DNA of 64,000 nt, from the NCBI GenBank assembly GCA_965209055.1, contig OZ242374.1, positions 5,344,001 through 5,408,000 on the forward strand, read 5' to 3'. Under the pieces are notes generated by a model. It was not told the DNA's origin and did not search any database. It saw nothing but the letters and a program-made list of their open reading frames with translations. Position numbers and translations under genes: made by a program. This DNA comes from Acidobacteriota bacterium. Lineage in GTDB: Bacteria; Acidobacteriota; UBA6911; RPQK01; JAJDTT01. This document shows, one piece after another, positions 20,801-30,546 of this stretch (the first letter of the stretch is position 1; the number at the start of each line of letters is the position of its first letter).

Positions 20801-21257
20801 GCAGCGGCAACTGGCGCATCTGCTCTTCCTTGATCGTCCCCCCGACTTCCGAGGTCTCGGTCTCGACCAACGGCACCGCTGCCCGGACTTCCACCTCCTC
20901 CCCGATCTCTCCCACCTGCAGCGTCAAATCGACGCGAAGCTTCGTGGCCAGGTCCAGTTCGGCACCCGGTTCGACAGCCGTCTTGAATCCGGCCATCTCA
21001 GCCGTCACTCGATAGACTCCAGGATCCAAGAAAGGAATTTCGTAACCACCGGTATCCCCGGTCACCACCGAACGGGCGATGTTGGTCCCCAGATGGGTGG
21101 CCGTGACGTCGACGCCGGGCACCACGCCACCGGTGTCATCCTTGATCGTCCCTGAGATGGTGCTCTTGACTTGGCCTTGGGCGCCGGCGGTGGCAAGCAC
21201 CAGCAGAACAAAAAGCAGAAGAGCAATCTTGGCAGTACAGAGCGAGGTCTGCATCAT
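17871..21257 (-). CDS. Oar-like TonB-dependent receptor with carboxypeptidase-regulatory-like domain
   Basis: AAGGAGG RBS; signal peptide; ISGTIKDDTGGVVPGV, LPLLTRN, TKSGTNELRG, YLQDDWRVSPELTVNMGLRYE, C-terminal PRNIQLGLRLEF. Confidence 0.93.
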   Translation of the reverse strand: MMQTSLCTAKIALLLFVLLVLATAGAQGQVKSTISGTIKDDTGGVVPGVDVTATHLGTNIARSVVTGDTGGYEIPFLDPGVYRVTAEMAGFKTAVEPGAELDLATKLRVDLTLQVGEIGEEVEVRAAVPLVETETSEVGGTIKEEQMRQLPLLTRNYQALATLLPTAVTPVPSATGYIPNQNRGNYYQLAGQRGAYTSYTIDGIDSNTVWIQTQSATPSLDSLQEFKVKSHNFSAEQGRGSVQFITTTKSGTNELRGAIYNYNRNDIFNANSFFSNRAGADKNAFNYNQFGANVGGPIRVPGYDGRDQTFFFFAYEGTRFRQSATAFGRFPDPRWLQGDFSSLGQTIYDPYTTVEDANAPAGFTRQPFPGNQIPSNRLSPQAKTLVGLDLIPSPTHDEGTTLPGNSNFLGTKSDPEDINFWTVRIDHVISDSDQIYGRYMESIDRKRRGNVVPLSGTNNDNNMHNAMMSEIHTFSPTTVNELRVGYNRGNWFGGQDGSGDVDYSSDVFGFKNIGGSPLGFGLPSFGWSNYTRVGPTPDAPFGALNNTYQISDNLMTRYGNHSIKLGFDIREIRMRWLAQAGIRGNFTFNGIFTQFPGDTASGSPFADFMVGQAQETWGLAGNGTGYFNQKLWGFYLQDDWRVSPELTVNMGLRYEYYEPWNAIRGDYAVFDFVAPPGSCFQHTTPCPPTPLDAAEPGESYYNADRNNWGPRIGLAYSPFGDNRTVIRASYGIFYSPPDATDQVNGALNPPSNVLRFINPKTLFTDLDTNDMSKLFPVADISRADFPQITGPTWHPSLAGATLHSVTRKFDDAIIQHWQLTVQREVVRNLLVEVGYVGSHGYHGQRRINYNQAQLDPPGVTTPFTTRLPYPDLSNFTFIMEHSAQNNYNAGLLRVERRFDRGLSFISSYTFARTLDDYGNLNDATGFWAQNSYDKKAEKGLSQFHAKHRLSVGYIWEIPVGRGKRFGGDMHPVINGILGGWQLSGITTFQSGSPRIIRPFPRDWSNTGQFWWATRPDKVRTGKVKTLDPRANNLRWFDVNYFANPEVGTFGNTGRGEVLEPGIRNWDLNISKSFHIGETARIQFRAEAYNAFNRAQFFGFGNSVGSSNFGIISATRPPRNIQLGLRLEF

Positions 21258-21288
21258 TTCATCCTCCTTGGCGGGCGAGCGGGCGGGC

Positions 21289-21347
21289 GTGGAAAAAACT
21301 TCCACTAGTTGCGGCTGAGCCTACACGGTCTGATCAGCAACGGTCAA
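21289..21347 (-). promoter_or_regulatory. Putative TBDR promoter with downstream palindromic operator
   Basis: Minus strand TTGACC-18 nt-TAGGCT (21347-21318); palindrome GTGGAA-N5-TTCCAC at 21289-21305. Confidence 0.5.
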
Positions 21348-21429
21348 GAAAAAAACAGGGCCACCTCAGGTGCTGTGCTACGCTTGCGTATAGTTTGCAA
21401 TTCCAAGCCATTGGATCGGCTCGCCCCGC

Positions 21430-23145
21430 ATGAGCTTTGAGAAGACGATCCATATCCCGATGGTTCTCTGCTTCCTTTGGGTCTCTGCCTGGGCACAAAA
21501 AGAGTCCGGTTCAATCCCTCCCGGGGCCCGTTTCGTGGATATTGCAGCCGAGGCCGGACTGGGTGATTTCGTCTGTTATTCGGGAGGCATTGAGCGGAAA
21601 GAAACCATTCTGGAAACCACCGGAGCGGGCTGTGCCTTGCTGGATTACGACAACGACAGCGACCTCGACATATTCCTGATGACGGCCAGCAGGAGCGAGG
21701 GGTTCGCGGAGAGCGCCGAGCCTTCCAACCGCTTGTATCGGAATGACGGCAGCGGCCGGTTCAGCGATGTCACCGGCCAGGCCGGACTGGTGCGATCGGG
21801 CTGGGGCCAGGGAGTGTGCGCCGGAGACTACGACAATGACGGCTGGATCGATCTCTACCTGACTTACTACGGACACAATGTTCTTTACCGCAACACCGGA
21901 GAGGGCTCCTTCATCGATGTCACCCGGAAGGCAGGGTTGTATACCAAGCACAGATTGTGGGGTGTGGGTTGCTCGTTCCTGGACTATGACCGGGATTCGG
22001 ACCTCGACCTGTTCGTCACCAACTACATCGATTTCGATCCGGTGACCGCTCCCCGTCCCGGAGAGAATTCCAACTGCCTGTGGAAGGGGATTCCCGTCAT
22101 GTGCGGTCCTCGAGGCCTGAAGGGCCTGCCCTCCAATCTCTATCGGAACGAAGGCGATGGGACATTTGCCGATGTGAGCGGGCACGCGGGGATCACCGCC
22201 GCCGGTGAAAGATACGGACTAGGGGTTTTGGTGGCAGATTACGACAACGACGGCTGGCCCGACGTCTACGTCGCTTGCGACTCGACACCCAATCTTCTGT
22301 TTCGCAACAACCGTGACGGGACCTTCTCCGAGATGGGCCTGTTGGCGGGAGTGGCCTACAGCGGGGATGGAAAAGAGCAGGCCGGCATGGGCGTCGACGC
22401 CGGGGATTACGACAACGACGGTGATCTGGACATCGTGAAGACGAATTTTTCCGACGACAAGTCGAGCCTCTACAAGAACCATGGCGACGGCACCTTCAGT
22501 GACGCGACGTTTGAAGCCGGGTTGGGAGTGAACCTGGCATATCTTGGCTGGGGCGTGGGATTTTTGGACTACGATCAGGATGGTTACGACGACATCTTCA
22601 TCGCCAATGGTCACGTCTACCCGGAGATCGACGGCCACGGTTTTCGGTCCCGGTACAGGCAGCGGAAAGTCCTTTACCGGAACACGGGCAACAGCACCTT
22701 TGTGGACGTGACCGCATCGTCCGGAGCGGATCTGCTGCAGCCACAGACGAGCCGCGGCATTGCTCTCGGAGACATCGATAACGACGGGACTCTCGAAATC
22801 CTGGTAAACAACGAAAACGGAAGACCCAGCCTCTATAAGAACTACGGGCCACGTGGGAATTGGATCGTCATTCTGGCCATCGGCAGCCGCTCGAACCGCA
22901 GTGCGATCGGTACGCGCGTTTCGGCAGCCTCGGACGGCGGGCGAAGACTGATCAAGGAAGTGCGCAGTGGCGGGACGTACGCTTCACAGAGCGACCTGCG
23001 ACTGCATTTCGGCCTGGGGCCCGCGGGAAAGACGGATCTGGAAGTCCGATGGCCCGATGGCTCGGTGGAAAAGTTCGCCGGGGTCGCGGCCAATCAGTTC
23101 CTCACCATCAGGGAAGGCATCGGAATTGAGGGAGACAAAGACTGA
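21430..23145 (+). CDS. CRTAC1-family protein (FG-GAP + ASPIC/UnbV)
   Basis: Repeated DYDNDG motifs; CLWKGIPVMCGPRGL loop; SNRSAIGTRV...GGTYASQSDLRLHFGLG. Confidence 0.9.
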   Translation: MSFEKTIHIPMVLCFLWVSAWAQKESGSIPPGARFVDIAAEAGLGDFVCYSGGIERKETILETTGAGCALLDYDNDSDLDIFLMTASRSEGFAESAEPSNRLYRNDGSGRFSDVTGQAGLVRSGWGQGVCAGDYDNDGWIDLYLTYYGHNVLYRNTGEGSFIDVTRKAGLYTKHRLWGVGCSFLDYDRDSDLDLFVTNYIDFDPVTAPRPGENSNCLWKGIPVMCGPRGLKGLPSNLYRNEGDGTFADVSGHAGITAAGERYGLGVLVADYDNDGWPDVYVACDSTPNLLFRNNRDGTFSEMGLLAGVAYSGDGKEQAGMGVDAGDYDNDGDLDIVKTNFSDDKSSLYKNHGDGTFSDATFEAGLGVNLAYLGWGVGFLDYDQDGYDDIFIANGHVYPEIDGHGFRSRYRQRKVLYRNTGNSTFVDVTASSGADLLQPQTSRGIALGDIDNDGTLEILVNNENGRPSLYKNYGPRGNWIVILAIGSRSNRSAIGTRVSAASDGGRRLIKEVRSGGTYASQSDLRLHFGLGPAGKTDLEVRWPDGSVEKFAGVAANQFLTIREGIGIEGDKD

Positions 23146-24703
23146 GTCCCGCACCACCAGCCTGACGAAAAAGGGGACGTTCCGCCAAGCCCGCAGCATC
23201 ACATGGAATCGTCTCCTGGCACTCGTGGCCGTGGCTTTTCTCCTGCAGGACGCGGTTGCCGGGCAGAGTCCGCAGCAGGCTTTTCGCCTGCTCCAGGAAG
23301 GCAAACTCGCAGATGCTGAAAAAGCCTTCCGGGCTCTGCTCGCCAGGTACCCCAATGAACCCTCCCTGCACGGCGGCCTGGGCATGGTCTTTTCGAGAAT
23401 GAAGCGCTTTGGCGAAGCCGTGCACGAATTCGAGCGGGTTCTCGAGTTGAAGCCCGGAGACTTGAGGGCCCACGGCAACCTCGCCGTCACCTATCTGCGC
23501 CTGGACGATCAGGAGAAGGCCATCGAGCAGTTCGAGCAGGTGACCAGGCTGGATCCCGGCAGGGCCTCCGCCTTCTACAACCTGGGCCTGCTCTATCTCA
23601 GGAAGGCCAACCTGCCCCACGCCCTGGCGGCTCTCGAGCGCGCTCATCATCTGCAACCGGGCGACCCGGCGATACTCGTCTACCTGGTCGAAATCTACCT
23701 CGACCTGGGGCGGACACGTGAGGCTGTCCCCCTGGCCTCTCGACTCAGACGAATCCTTCCCGCCGACACCGTCATCCACAAACGAGTGGGGACGTGGATG
23801 ATCGAACGGGGTCTCGCTTCCGAAGCCGTCGCCCAGTTCGAACTGGTCCGGCGGAGAGAGTCCTCTTTCCCGGTGAACTATTGGCTGGCCTATGCCTGCT
23901 ACCTGGGGGCGGACTATTCCCGAGTCGTGCAGTTGCTGGAACCCTACGCCCGCGGTGCAACGAAAACACCCCTCAAGTTTTATGGACTCCTGAGCGCCGC
24001 CTACCTGAAGCAGGGTCTGGAGGCGGAGGCTTCCAATACCCTCAAGCGGGGAATGCCTGCGACGGGCCGCGAACCGAAGTTTCTCTACGATATTTCAGTG
24101 GAGCTGCTGAAGGAGAACCTGCTTCCGCTGGCCAGGGACCTTCTCGGTTATGCAATTGTCCGATTGCCGGACGATCCGGATCTGCTTCTGGCCCTGGCCC
24201 GAAGTCATCATGCCGCAAATCGTTTCGAGGAGGCCCGGGACGCCTCGGCGTCGGCGGTGAAGAACAGACCCGATTTCTATGCCGCATACGTTGCCCTGGG
24301 AAACAGCCAACTGGAGTTGGGCGCCTATGACGAGGCGCTGGAGGCCTATGGGCGGGCGCTGAGTCTCAATTCAAGAGACCCTTTCCTCTATTACGTCTAT
24401 GCCACGGCTCTGGAGCGCCACAACCGGCTCGAGCCGGCGCTCCTGATGGCTCAGCGGGGGATCGCAGTCGATGCCAACGATGCGGCCTGCCGTTTCATCC
24501 TGGGAAAGGTTCTGGAAAGACACGGAAGACTGGAGGAGGCACGCCGGGAATACGAGCTGAGCTCCAAACTCCAACCGCTCGAGGAGGAAGTCCACTATCG
24601 TCTCGGGCTCCTCTACAAGAGGCTCCGGCAGGACCGGAAAGCAGAAGAAAATCTCAAGAGGTTCGAAGAACTCAAGGCAAAGGCCAAGTACTCACGAAAC
24701 TGA
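23126..24703 (+). CDS. Secreted TPR protein
   Basis: Hydrophobic signal RLLALVAVAFLL and many TPRs (AHGNLA, AFYNLG, AYVALG, VHYRLG). Start uncertain; in-frame TTG 23126 overlaps the CRTAC1 end. Confidence 0.85.
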   Translation: MRETKTESRTTSLTKKGTFRQARSITWNRLLALVAVAFLLQDAVAGQSPQQAFRLLQEGKLADAEKAFRALLARYPNEPSLHGGLGMVFSRMKRFGEAVHEFERVLELKPGDLRAHGNLAVTYLRLDDQEKAIEQFEQVTRLDPGRASAFYNLGLLYLRKANLPHALAALERAHHLQPGDPAILVYLVEIYLDLGRTREAVPLASRLRRILPADTVIHKRVGTWMIERGLASEAVAQFELVRRRESSFPVNYWLAYACYLGADYSRVVQLLEPYARGATKTPLKFYGLLSAAYLKQGLEAEASNTLKRGMPATGREPKFLYDISVELLKENLLPLARDLLGYAIVRLPDDPDLLLALARSHHAANRFEEARDASASAVKNRPDFYAAYVALGNSQLELGAYDEALEAYGRALSLNSRDPFLYYVYATALERHNRLEPALLMAQRGIAVDANDAACRFILGKVLERHGRLEEARREYELSSKLQPLEEEVHYRLGLLYKRLRQDRKAEENLKRFEELKAKAKYSRN

Positions 24704-24754
24704 GGCGTTGAAACAGGAGAAACAATCCTCGGGCCGAAAAGGGGGAACCATCGA

Positions 24755-25675
24755 ATGCCGTATTTGCGATTACTCTGCTCGGGCGTGATCACAGCGGGAC
24801 TGGTCGCTTTACAGGTGCTGAGCCTGGAAACAACCGTCCATGGCCAGGATGAAGAGCTGGCCATTTCCAGGCTCTCGATCCCGCTTGCAAAAGACGCCAA
24901 ACCCTTTTGCCCCAGTGAGACCGAAGATGGCAGGCTTCTGGCCTTTCAGATCGACCATCCGGAGGGTCGGGGAAAGCTCGATATCTGGTTCTCCCGCCTG
25001 GAGAACGGACGTTGGTCCGTACCCTTCAATGCGGGTCCGCAGGTCAACACCGCGTCCCACGAAGCCGATGCCAAGCTGTCGCCCGACGGGACCGTAATGA
25101 TCTTTCTGCGCAGCGACGATTTCAGCAAATCCTCCCGCGTCTATGTCTCCCATTTCCACGACGGCTCCTGGTCCACAGCCGAATTGCTGGGTCCTCCCAT
25201 CAGTCTTCCGGACACGGTCCAATTCGGAGCCTTGCTCTCCAAAGACCAGAGAAGACTCTACTTCTCCAGCAATCGGTCCGGAGGGCACGGGGGGTTCGAT
25301 GTCTACGTCAGCGATCGGATCGGCTCCGGCTGGGACCAGTGGGGAGAGCCCGTCAATCTGGGCCCCGTGGTCAACAGCGCCGGCGACGAAAACGACGTGG
25401 CCGTCAATCCCGACGAAACCACGCTCATCCTTCCGCTGCGCAGGAATGATTCACAAAGCGATAGTGTGGACCTCTACATCAGCCGAAGAGTCGACGCTCA
25501 ATGGACTCCCTGGCAGAACATGGGCCCGCGCATCAACACTCCCGGAACCGACACCTGCCCCTGGCTTGGCTACGACGGCCGGACTCTGTACCTGAACTCC
25601 ACCTGGGACGGGCTGGTGGGAGGAAAAGAGGGAGCGACCTGGATCTGGGCCATTCGCCATTCCAAGGAGTTTTGA
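24755..25675 (+). CDS. PD40/TolB-like beta-propeller protein, secreted
   Basis: LYFSSNRSGGHGGFDVYVS, PVNLGPVVNS, NMGPRINTPG repeats. Confidence 0.85.
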   Translation: MPYLRLLCSGVITAGLVALQVLSLETTVHGQDEELAISRLSIPLAKDAKPFCPSETEDGRLLAFQIDHPEGRGKLDIWFSRLENGRWSVPFNAGPQVNTASHEADAKLSPDGTVMIFLRSDDFSKSSRVYVSHFHDGSWSTAELLGPPISLPDTVQFGALLSKDQRRLYFSSNRSGGHGGFDVYVSDRIGSGWDQWGEPVNLGPVVNSAGDENDVAVNPDETTLILPLRRNDSQSDSVDLYISRRVDAQWTPWQNMGPRINTPGTDTCPWLGYDGRTLYLNSTWDGLVGGKEGATWIWAIRHSKEF

Positions 25676-25741
25676 AAAAGGGGACAGAGTCACTGCCACT
25701 TTTTCCGTCCTTCCCTTCGAATTCGGCCTGACGGGGTGCAA

Positions 25742-27790
25742 TCAGTTCAAGAGCCGGGGCACCGTACGAGACCAGCTCTTGTTGAAGTGAAGCTTCCCGT
25801 CGACTGTGATCGTCAATTGGACCAAGTGGCGAAGAGTCGACTCATCGCTCGTGGTCAGCTCATTGGCCTCTACTTTTATGTCTGAACCCAACTGCTTGAG
25901 AGTGTAGGCGCAATAGGCCTTCAGGACCGCCTCGGCAGGATTGAGGGTGGAAACGGTGAGGCTGGAATGCTGCTGCAGGTCAAAACCGGCCGATGCGGGC
26001 AAGTGCACCGGAGTAATGCGAAATATGGTCTTCTGATTCACCAGGTCTTGGGTGATGGAGTATTCCTCCGGTGTGGACAAGCCTTCCGGGTCGGCATTGG
26101 ATAACCGCACCAGATCGGGCTGGGGCAGCTCCGGATTCTGCTCGGGAATCACCGGCAACACGATATGTGACGGAGTGCGGCCGCCTCGATGGATCGTATT
26201 GATGGCAGGTTCGGCCGTGGGCCAGGCATTCTGGATGTCGGCACTGGCAATGGCCACCCGGATCCGGTGACCGGTCCCGAAAATATAGGACATCGTCTTC
26301 AGGTCAATCTTGAGTTCATACACCTGTCCAGGTTCAAGGGGCTCGGGTTCGCAGTGGGAGTCGCGGTGGGTGGCATTCAAGCCTCCGTAGCGAACCAGCT
26401 TGGAAGCGCCGTCCGGCGCCACATCGATGAGCTTGACCCGAAAGTAGGCCACCTCGGCCGTGGATGAGACGTAGAGGACAGCCGCAGGCGTCCCCGTCAC
26501 CTCCAGATCCGCTTCCAGTGGAGGCGTGGTATAGGTCACCGAATACGCCTCGTCCCAGCGCTGGTCGATGGGCATTCCCCAGGGCAGGATGCCTCCCCCC
26601 CAGTGAATCCCCGAGGTGATTCCCACGGCAGGGTTGTAAGGGTACTCGTCCCGCTCCTCAGCGGCCGTCCCGCAGGGTTCCGGGCTCAGCTTCCCGTGGG
26701 AGTGAAAGTAGAGGGGTGTGCGCCGCGTCCGGGCGATGGGCCACTCCCGCTCCGATCGCCAGAAGCCTTTCTCTTCCAGCGGCATGCGCGCGGAAGGCGG
26801 ACTATACCGCTTGACGAAGAACGTGACCGGCGGTTCGTCCATCACGCCGTTGTCGATCCCCTTGAGCCAGTGGTCGAACCAGTTCAGGTAGAGCGGGCGG
26901 GTATCGATCCTGGGGCCGGGGACGGCGCATTTTTCTTCGCCATACCAGTGCCCCCAGGGTCCCACCAACGCTCGCTTATGGGGAACCTCCAGCTTGGAGA
27001 ACGCACGCAACAGCGCCGTGGGATAGCAGTCGGACCAGCCGGCAATGACGAAAACGGCACACTGGACCGCGCCGTAGTTCGTCGACAGCGACCGGTCCTG
27101 CCAGTATTTCCCATCCAGTTGATTCGAAATGTACCCGATGCCCCAAGGCTGGCTGTTTTCCAGACGCTGTTGCCAGATCCCGCTCCACTTCTCTCCCACG
27201 ATGTCCGGGTCGGGAGGCGAGAAATTGTAGGCGTTCATCAGGGCGGAGTAGCTGTCGAACATGTAGGGGCGAAGGACGCCGCCCGGATAGGTCCACTCCG
27301 TATAGACGTTGTCATTGGCCGACCGCACGATGATGGCTTTCAGATGCGGGGGCGCCTGCACCGCCACCTGCCATTGGACGACTGCACTGTAGGATTTGCC
27401 GATCATTCCCACGTTGCCGTTGCACCAGGATTGCGCGGCGATCCATTCCACCATGTCGTACCCGTCCTGCCGCTCGTCCGCAGAGTAGATGTCCTTGCTC
27501 CATCCGCTGGAATTGCCCGTGCCGCGCACGTCGAATTGGGCAATGACATAGCCGCGCTCGGCCAGGTAGGGAACGGCCGGGGGATACTCCTCCCGATAGT
27601 CGGCCAAGGGTTTTCTGATGCGACGGTAAGGATTGTATTCCATGATCGCCGGGAATCGGCCATCCGCGTCCGGCCGCGTTATTTTCACCCCCAGCTCCAC
27701 TCCATCGCGCATGGGCACTCGCGTGTAGAGGATTTTCACCTGGTATTGAGAGCGGGACCGGCCCCCGCTCCGTGAATCTGTTCGGGACAT
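25742..27790 (-). CDS. CocE/NonD family serine hydrolase (peptidase S15)
   Basis: VPMRDGVEL, DVRGTGNSSG, VGMIGKSYS nucleophile elbow, VGPWGH, PepX-C-like C-terminal domain. Confidence 0.92.
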   Translation of the reverse strand: MSRTDSRSGGRSRSQYQVKILYTRVPMRDGVELGVKITRPDADGRFPAIMEYNPYRRIRKPLADYREEYPPAVPYLAERGYVIAQFDVRGTGNSSGWSKDIYSADERQDGYDMVEWIAAQSWCNGNVGMIGKSYSAVVQWQVAVQAPPHLKAIIVRSANDNVYTEWTYPGGVLRPYMFDSYSALMNAYNFSPPDPDIVGEKWSGIWQQRLENSQPWGIGYISNQLDGKYWQDRSLSTNYGAVQCAVFVIAGWSDCYPTALLRAFSKLEVPHKRALVGPWGHWYGEEKCAVPGPRIDTRPLYLNWFDHWLKGIDNGVMDEPPVTFFVKRYSPPSARMPLEEKGFWRSEREWPIARTRRTPLYFHSHGKLSPEPCGTAAEERDEYPYNPAVGITSGIHWGGGILPWGMPIDQRWDEAYSVTYTTPPLEADLEVTGTPAAVLYVSSTAEVAYFRVKLIDVAPDGASKLVRYGGLNATHRDSHCEPEPLEPGQVYELKIDLKTMSYIFGTGHRIRVAIASADIQNAWPTAEPAINTIHRGGRTPSHIVLPVIPEQNPELPQPDLVRLSNADPEGLSTPEEYSITQDLVNQKTIFRITPVHLPASAGFDLQQHSSLTVSTLNPAEAVLKAYCAYTLKQLGSDIKVEANELTTSDESTLRHLVQLTITVDGKLHFNKSWSRTVPRLLN

Positions 27791-27959
27791 GGAGGGACCT
27801 CCTACACCGTACTTCTCTCCCGACCTGAACTCGAACGCCGAGCCTGAGCCTCAATGTCGACAACAGGCCAAGGACAAGGCGGACCGAACCTTCGGATGGC
27901 CGGTACGGGCGTAGGCCTGATTGACTGCCAACTGCGGGGCTTGGTAGGTTTTTCTTGCA

Positions 27960-29102
27960 ATGCTGGTCGGCCTCTTGCTTTCGGGGCTCCTGCTTTCAGG
28001 TCTTCAGACCCCGCCCCAGCAGCAAAAGCTCGGGCAATACTACCAACAGGCTTCCGAGGCGGCAAAACGCCAGGATTGGGTTTCAGCCGAGCAAGCCTAT
28101 CTGGCCATATTGAGATTGTCTCCCGATAGAGCCGATGCCCACTACGGGCTGGGTCTTGCCCGCCACTTCCAGGGGAAATATGAAGCGGCCACCGTAGCCT
28201 TCGAAAAAACGTTGCGGCTCGATCCCGACCGTGTCGAGGCGAACCTTTTTCTGGGCCTCGACTACTATCTTCTCTACGAATACGAGAAGGCACTCGGTCC
28301 TCTCGGGCGGGCCATCGCCGCTCGTCCCGGGGACCTCAGCCTTCAGCTCTGCCTGGCGGGATCTTATTTGGCGCTGAACCGTTTCGGTGAGGCCATCGAT
28401 TTGCTCCAGGAGGTGACCCGCAAGGATCCCGGCCATGTCCCGGTCCTTCACATGCTGGCACAGGCCTACCTAAACACCAGAAATTTTGCCGAGTTCGAGC
28501 AAATTTACGAACGGCTCCGGAAACTCGACTCCGGTTCCTCCCGTACCCACCAGGTGCGGGCCGAGGCGTACGTCTTCCAGGGCCGCCCGGAGGAGGCGCT
28601 GAACGAGTACCACAAAGCACTTGCCCTGGATCCGAACGTGGCTGGGCTCAACCAGGCCGTGGGAATTCTATATCTGGAAAAGGGGCTGTACGAAGATGGC
28701 CGGCCCTATTTGGAGAAGGCGCTGGAATTGGAATCGGACCTTCCGATCGCAAGTCTGAACCTGGCGGTCATCAAGAACATGGAGCAGAAGTTTGACGAGG
28801 CGATTCTGCATCTCGACAAGGTGTTGCGCGCCAACGACCAGCTTTCCCAAGCCTATATGGAACTCTCGAAGGCATATGCGGGCAAGGGCCGTTGGGAGGA
28901 GGCAGCAGCAGCCCTGGAAAGGGCGATCGCCCTGGACCCCGATGAACCGGCTCCCCGGTATCAACTGGCCCAGATACACAAGAGATTGGGAAACGCCGGA
29001 AAAGCCCTGGAAGAACTTCAGCGCTTTGAGGCGCTTCAACAGAAAATGAGGCGGGAAAAACATCTGGCCATCGAGAGTGGTCTTCAAAAAAAGCCTCAAT
29101 AA
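27960..29102 (+). CDS. Secreted TPR protein
   Basis: Signal peptide and tandem TPRs (AHYGLG, ANLFLG, PRYQLAQ). Confidence 0.85.
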   Translation: MLVGLLLSGLLLSGLQTPPQQQKLGQYYQQASEAAKRQDWVSAEQAYLAILRLSPDRADAHYGLGLARHFQGKYEAATVAFEKTLRLDPDRVEANLFLGLDYYLLYEYEKALGPLGRAIAARPGDLSLQLCLAGSYLALNRFGEAIDLLQEVTRKDPGHVPVLHMLAQAYLNTRNFAEFEQIYERLRKLDSGSSRTHQVRAEAYVFQGRPEEALNEYHKALALDPNVAGLNQAVGILYLEKGLYEDGRPYLEKALELESDLPIASLNLAVIKNMEQKFDEAILHLDKVLRANDQLSQAYMELSKAYAGKGRWEEAAAALERAIALDPDEPAPRYQLAQIHKRLGNAGKALEELQRFEALQQKMRREKHLAIESGLQKKPQ

Positions 29103-29131
29103 TCGCCAGCTCGCCGTCGGGGGAGAATCCA

Positions 29132-30511
29132 ATGACGAATCTGAAAAAGGTTGGCTTTGGCATTTGTCTATTGGGCCTGACGGTGAGCCCCTGGGTGCAG
29201 GGTTCCAACTTGAGGGCCGGGGTGGCCAAGGTGGATATTACTCCGGCTCCTGGAAAATACATGCTCGGTTCCGGGACGACGCTGGCCACCGGAGCCCATG
29301 ATCCGTTGTACGCACGCGTCCTGGTGCTGGAGGTCGATCAAACCCGGCTGGCACTGATCACGGTCGATCTCTGCCGCGTCTTCCAGGCACCCTTGATGGA
29401 TCGTCTGCGCCGGCAGGTCGAGGAATCCAGCGGAATCTCCTTCGTCCTCATGGTCGCGACCCACACTCACTCCGCTCCCATGATTCCCATCAATGAGAGT
29501 CATCCCTTGACCGGCATGGTGGCTTGGCAAGAGGACGCCGTCGCGAAAATCGCAATAGCTACTGAAAAAGCTCATCGGAAGGCGGCGGAGGCTTGGTTGG
29601 GCACCGGTTATGGAGTCTCCTACATCGGCCACAACCGGAGGAAACTGAACCCGGACGGCACGGTGACCATGATGTTCAGGAACCCCACCAAGATTCCAAC
29701 GTCTCCCTTCGATCCCACGGTTGCAGTCCTGCGCATAGACACCGAAGACCGCAAGCCATTGGCCGTACTGGTGAACTACGCCTGCCATCCCGTGGTGGTG
29801 ATGGCAAACCTCAAGCAGTACTCGGCCGATTTCCCTGGAGTCATGTGCAATACCGTGGAAGAGTCTTTCGGCCAACAGACCATGGCCTTCTTCCTGAACG
29901 GCGGTGCCGGTGACATCGACACCTACTACACGGGCGTGCCTCTCGAAGAAGATCCGGTCGGAAGAATGGAATGGAGTGGTGAGACCTTAGGCAAGGAAGC
30001 CGTTCGCGTGGCCAGGAAGATCCAGACCGAACCGGCCCCTGAAGCGAGCCTCGATTTCTCCGAAGATTGGCTGACATTCGGTTTTCGTTGGGACGTGGAA
30101 AAGTACATGAAAGCCTTTGAGGAGAGCGTGGAACCCGAACTCCGCCAGTACTATCTGCCTGAGATCAAGCCGGAAAAGCGGGTTCCCGTCACCACCGTTC
30201 TCATCAACAAGCGAATCGCATTCATGGGGATGCCGGGCGAGCCGTTTGTCGAGTTCCAAATGAACTGGCGCGAGCGGTCTCCGGTCGCCGACAGTTTCTT
30301 CCTGGGGTACGCCAACGGCTTTTTCAGCTACTTCCCCACCATTCGTGCGGCCACCGAAGGCGGCCATGGAGCCAAGAATATCTGGGCCCGAATCGAACCG
30401 GGCGCCGGCGAACGGATCGTGGATCACTGCATCATCCGAATCTACGAAATGTTGGGGCGTTTGACCGACGACCCGGCCGTGCCGGCGCCGGCGCAGGACG
30501 ATGAGGAGTGA
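29132..30511 (+). CDS. Neutral/alkaline ceramidase-like N-terminal domain protein, secreted
   Basis: AKVDITP, HDPLYARVLVL, ATHTHSAP, GHNRR, VNYACHP, SADFPG, MPGEPFVE, GYANGFFSYFPT. Confidence 0.87.
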   Translation: MTNLKKVGFGICLLGLTVSPWVQGSNLRAGVAKVDITPAPGKYMLGSGTTLATGAHDPLYARVLVLEVDQTRLALITVDLCRVFQAPLMDRLRRQVEESSGISFVLMVATHTHSAPMIPINESHPLTGMVAWQEDAVAKIAIATEKAHRKAAEAWLGTGYGVSYIGHNRRKLNPDGTVTMMFRNPTKIPTSPFDPTVAVLRIDTEDRKPLAVLVNYACHPVVVMANLKQYSADFPGVMCNTVEESFGQQTMAFFLNGGAGDIDTYYTGVPLEEDPVGRMEWSGETLGKEAVRVARKIQTEPAPEASLDFSEDWLTFGFRWDVEKYMKAFEESVEPELRQYYLPEIKPEKRVPVTTVLINKRIAFMGMPGEPFVEFQMNWRERSPVADSFFLGYANGFFSYFPTIRAATEGGHGAKNIWARIEPGAGERIVDHCIIRIYEMLGRLTDDPAVPAPAQDDEE

Positions 30512-30546
30512 CGGCGCCGAGAGCTCTCCTACGAGTCCCGAATCCT

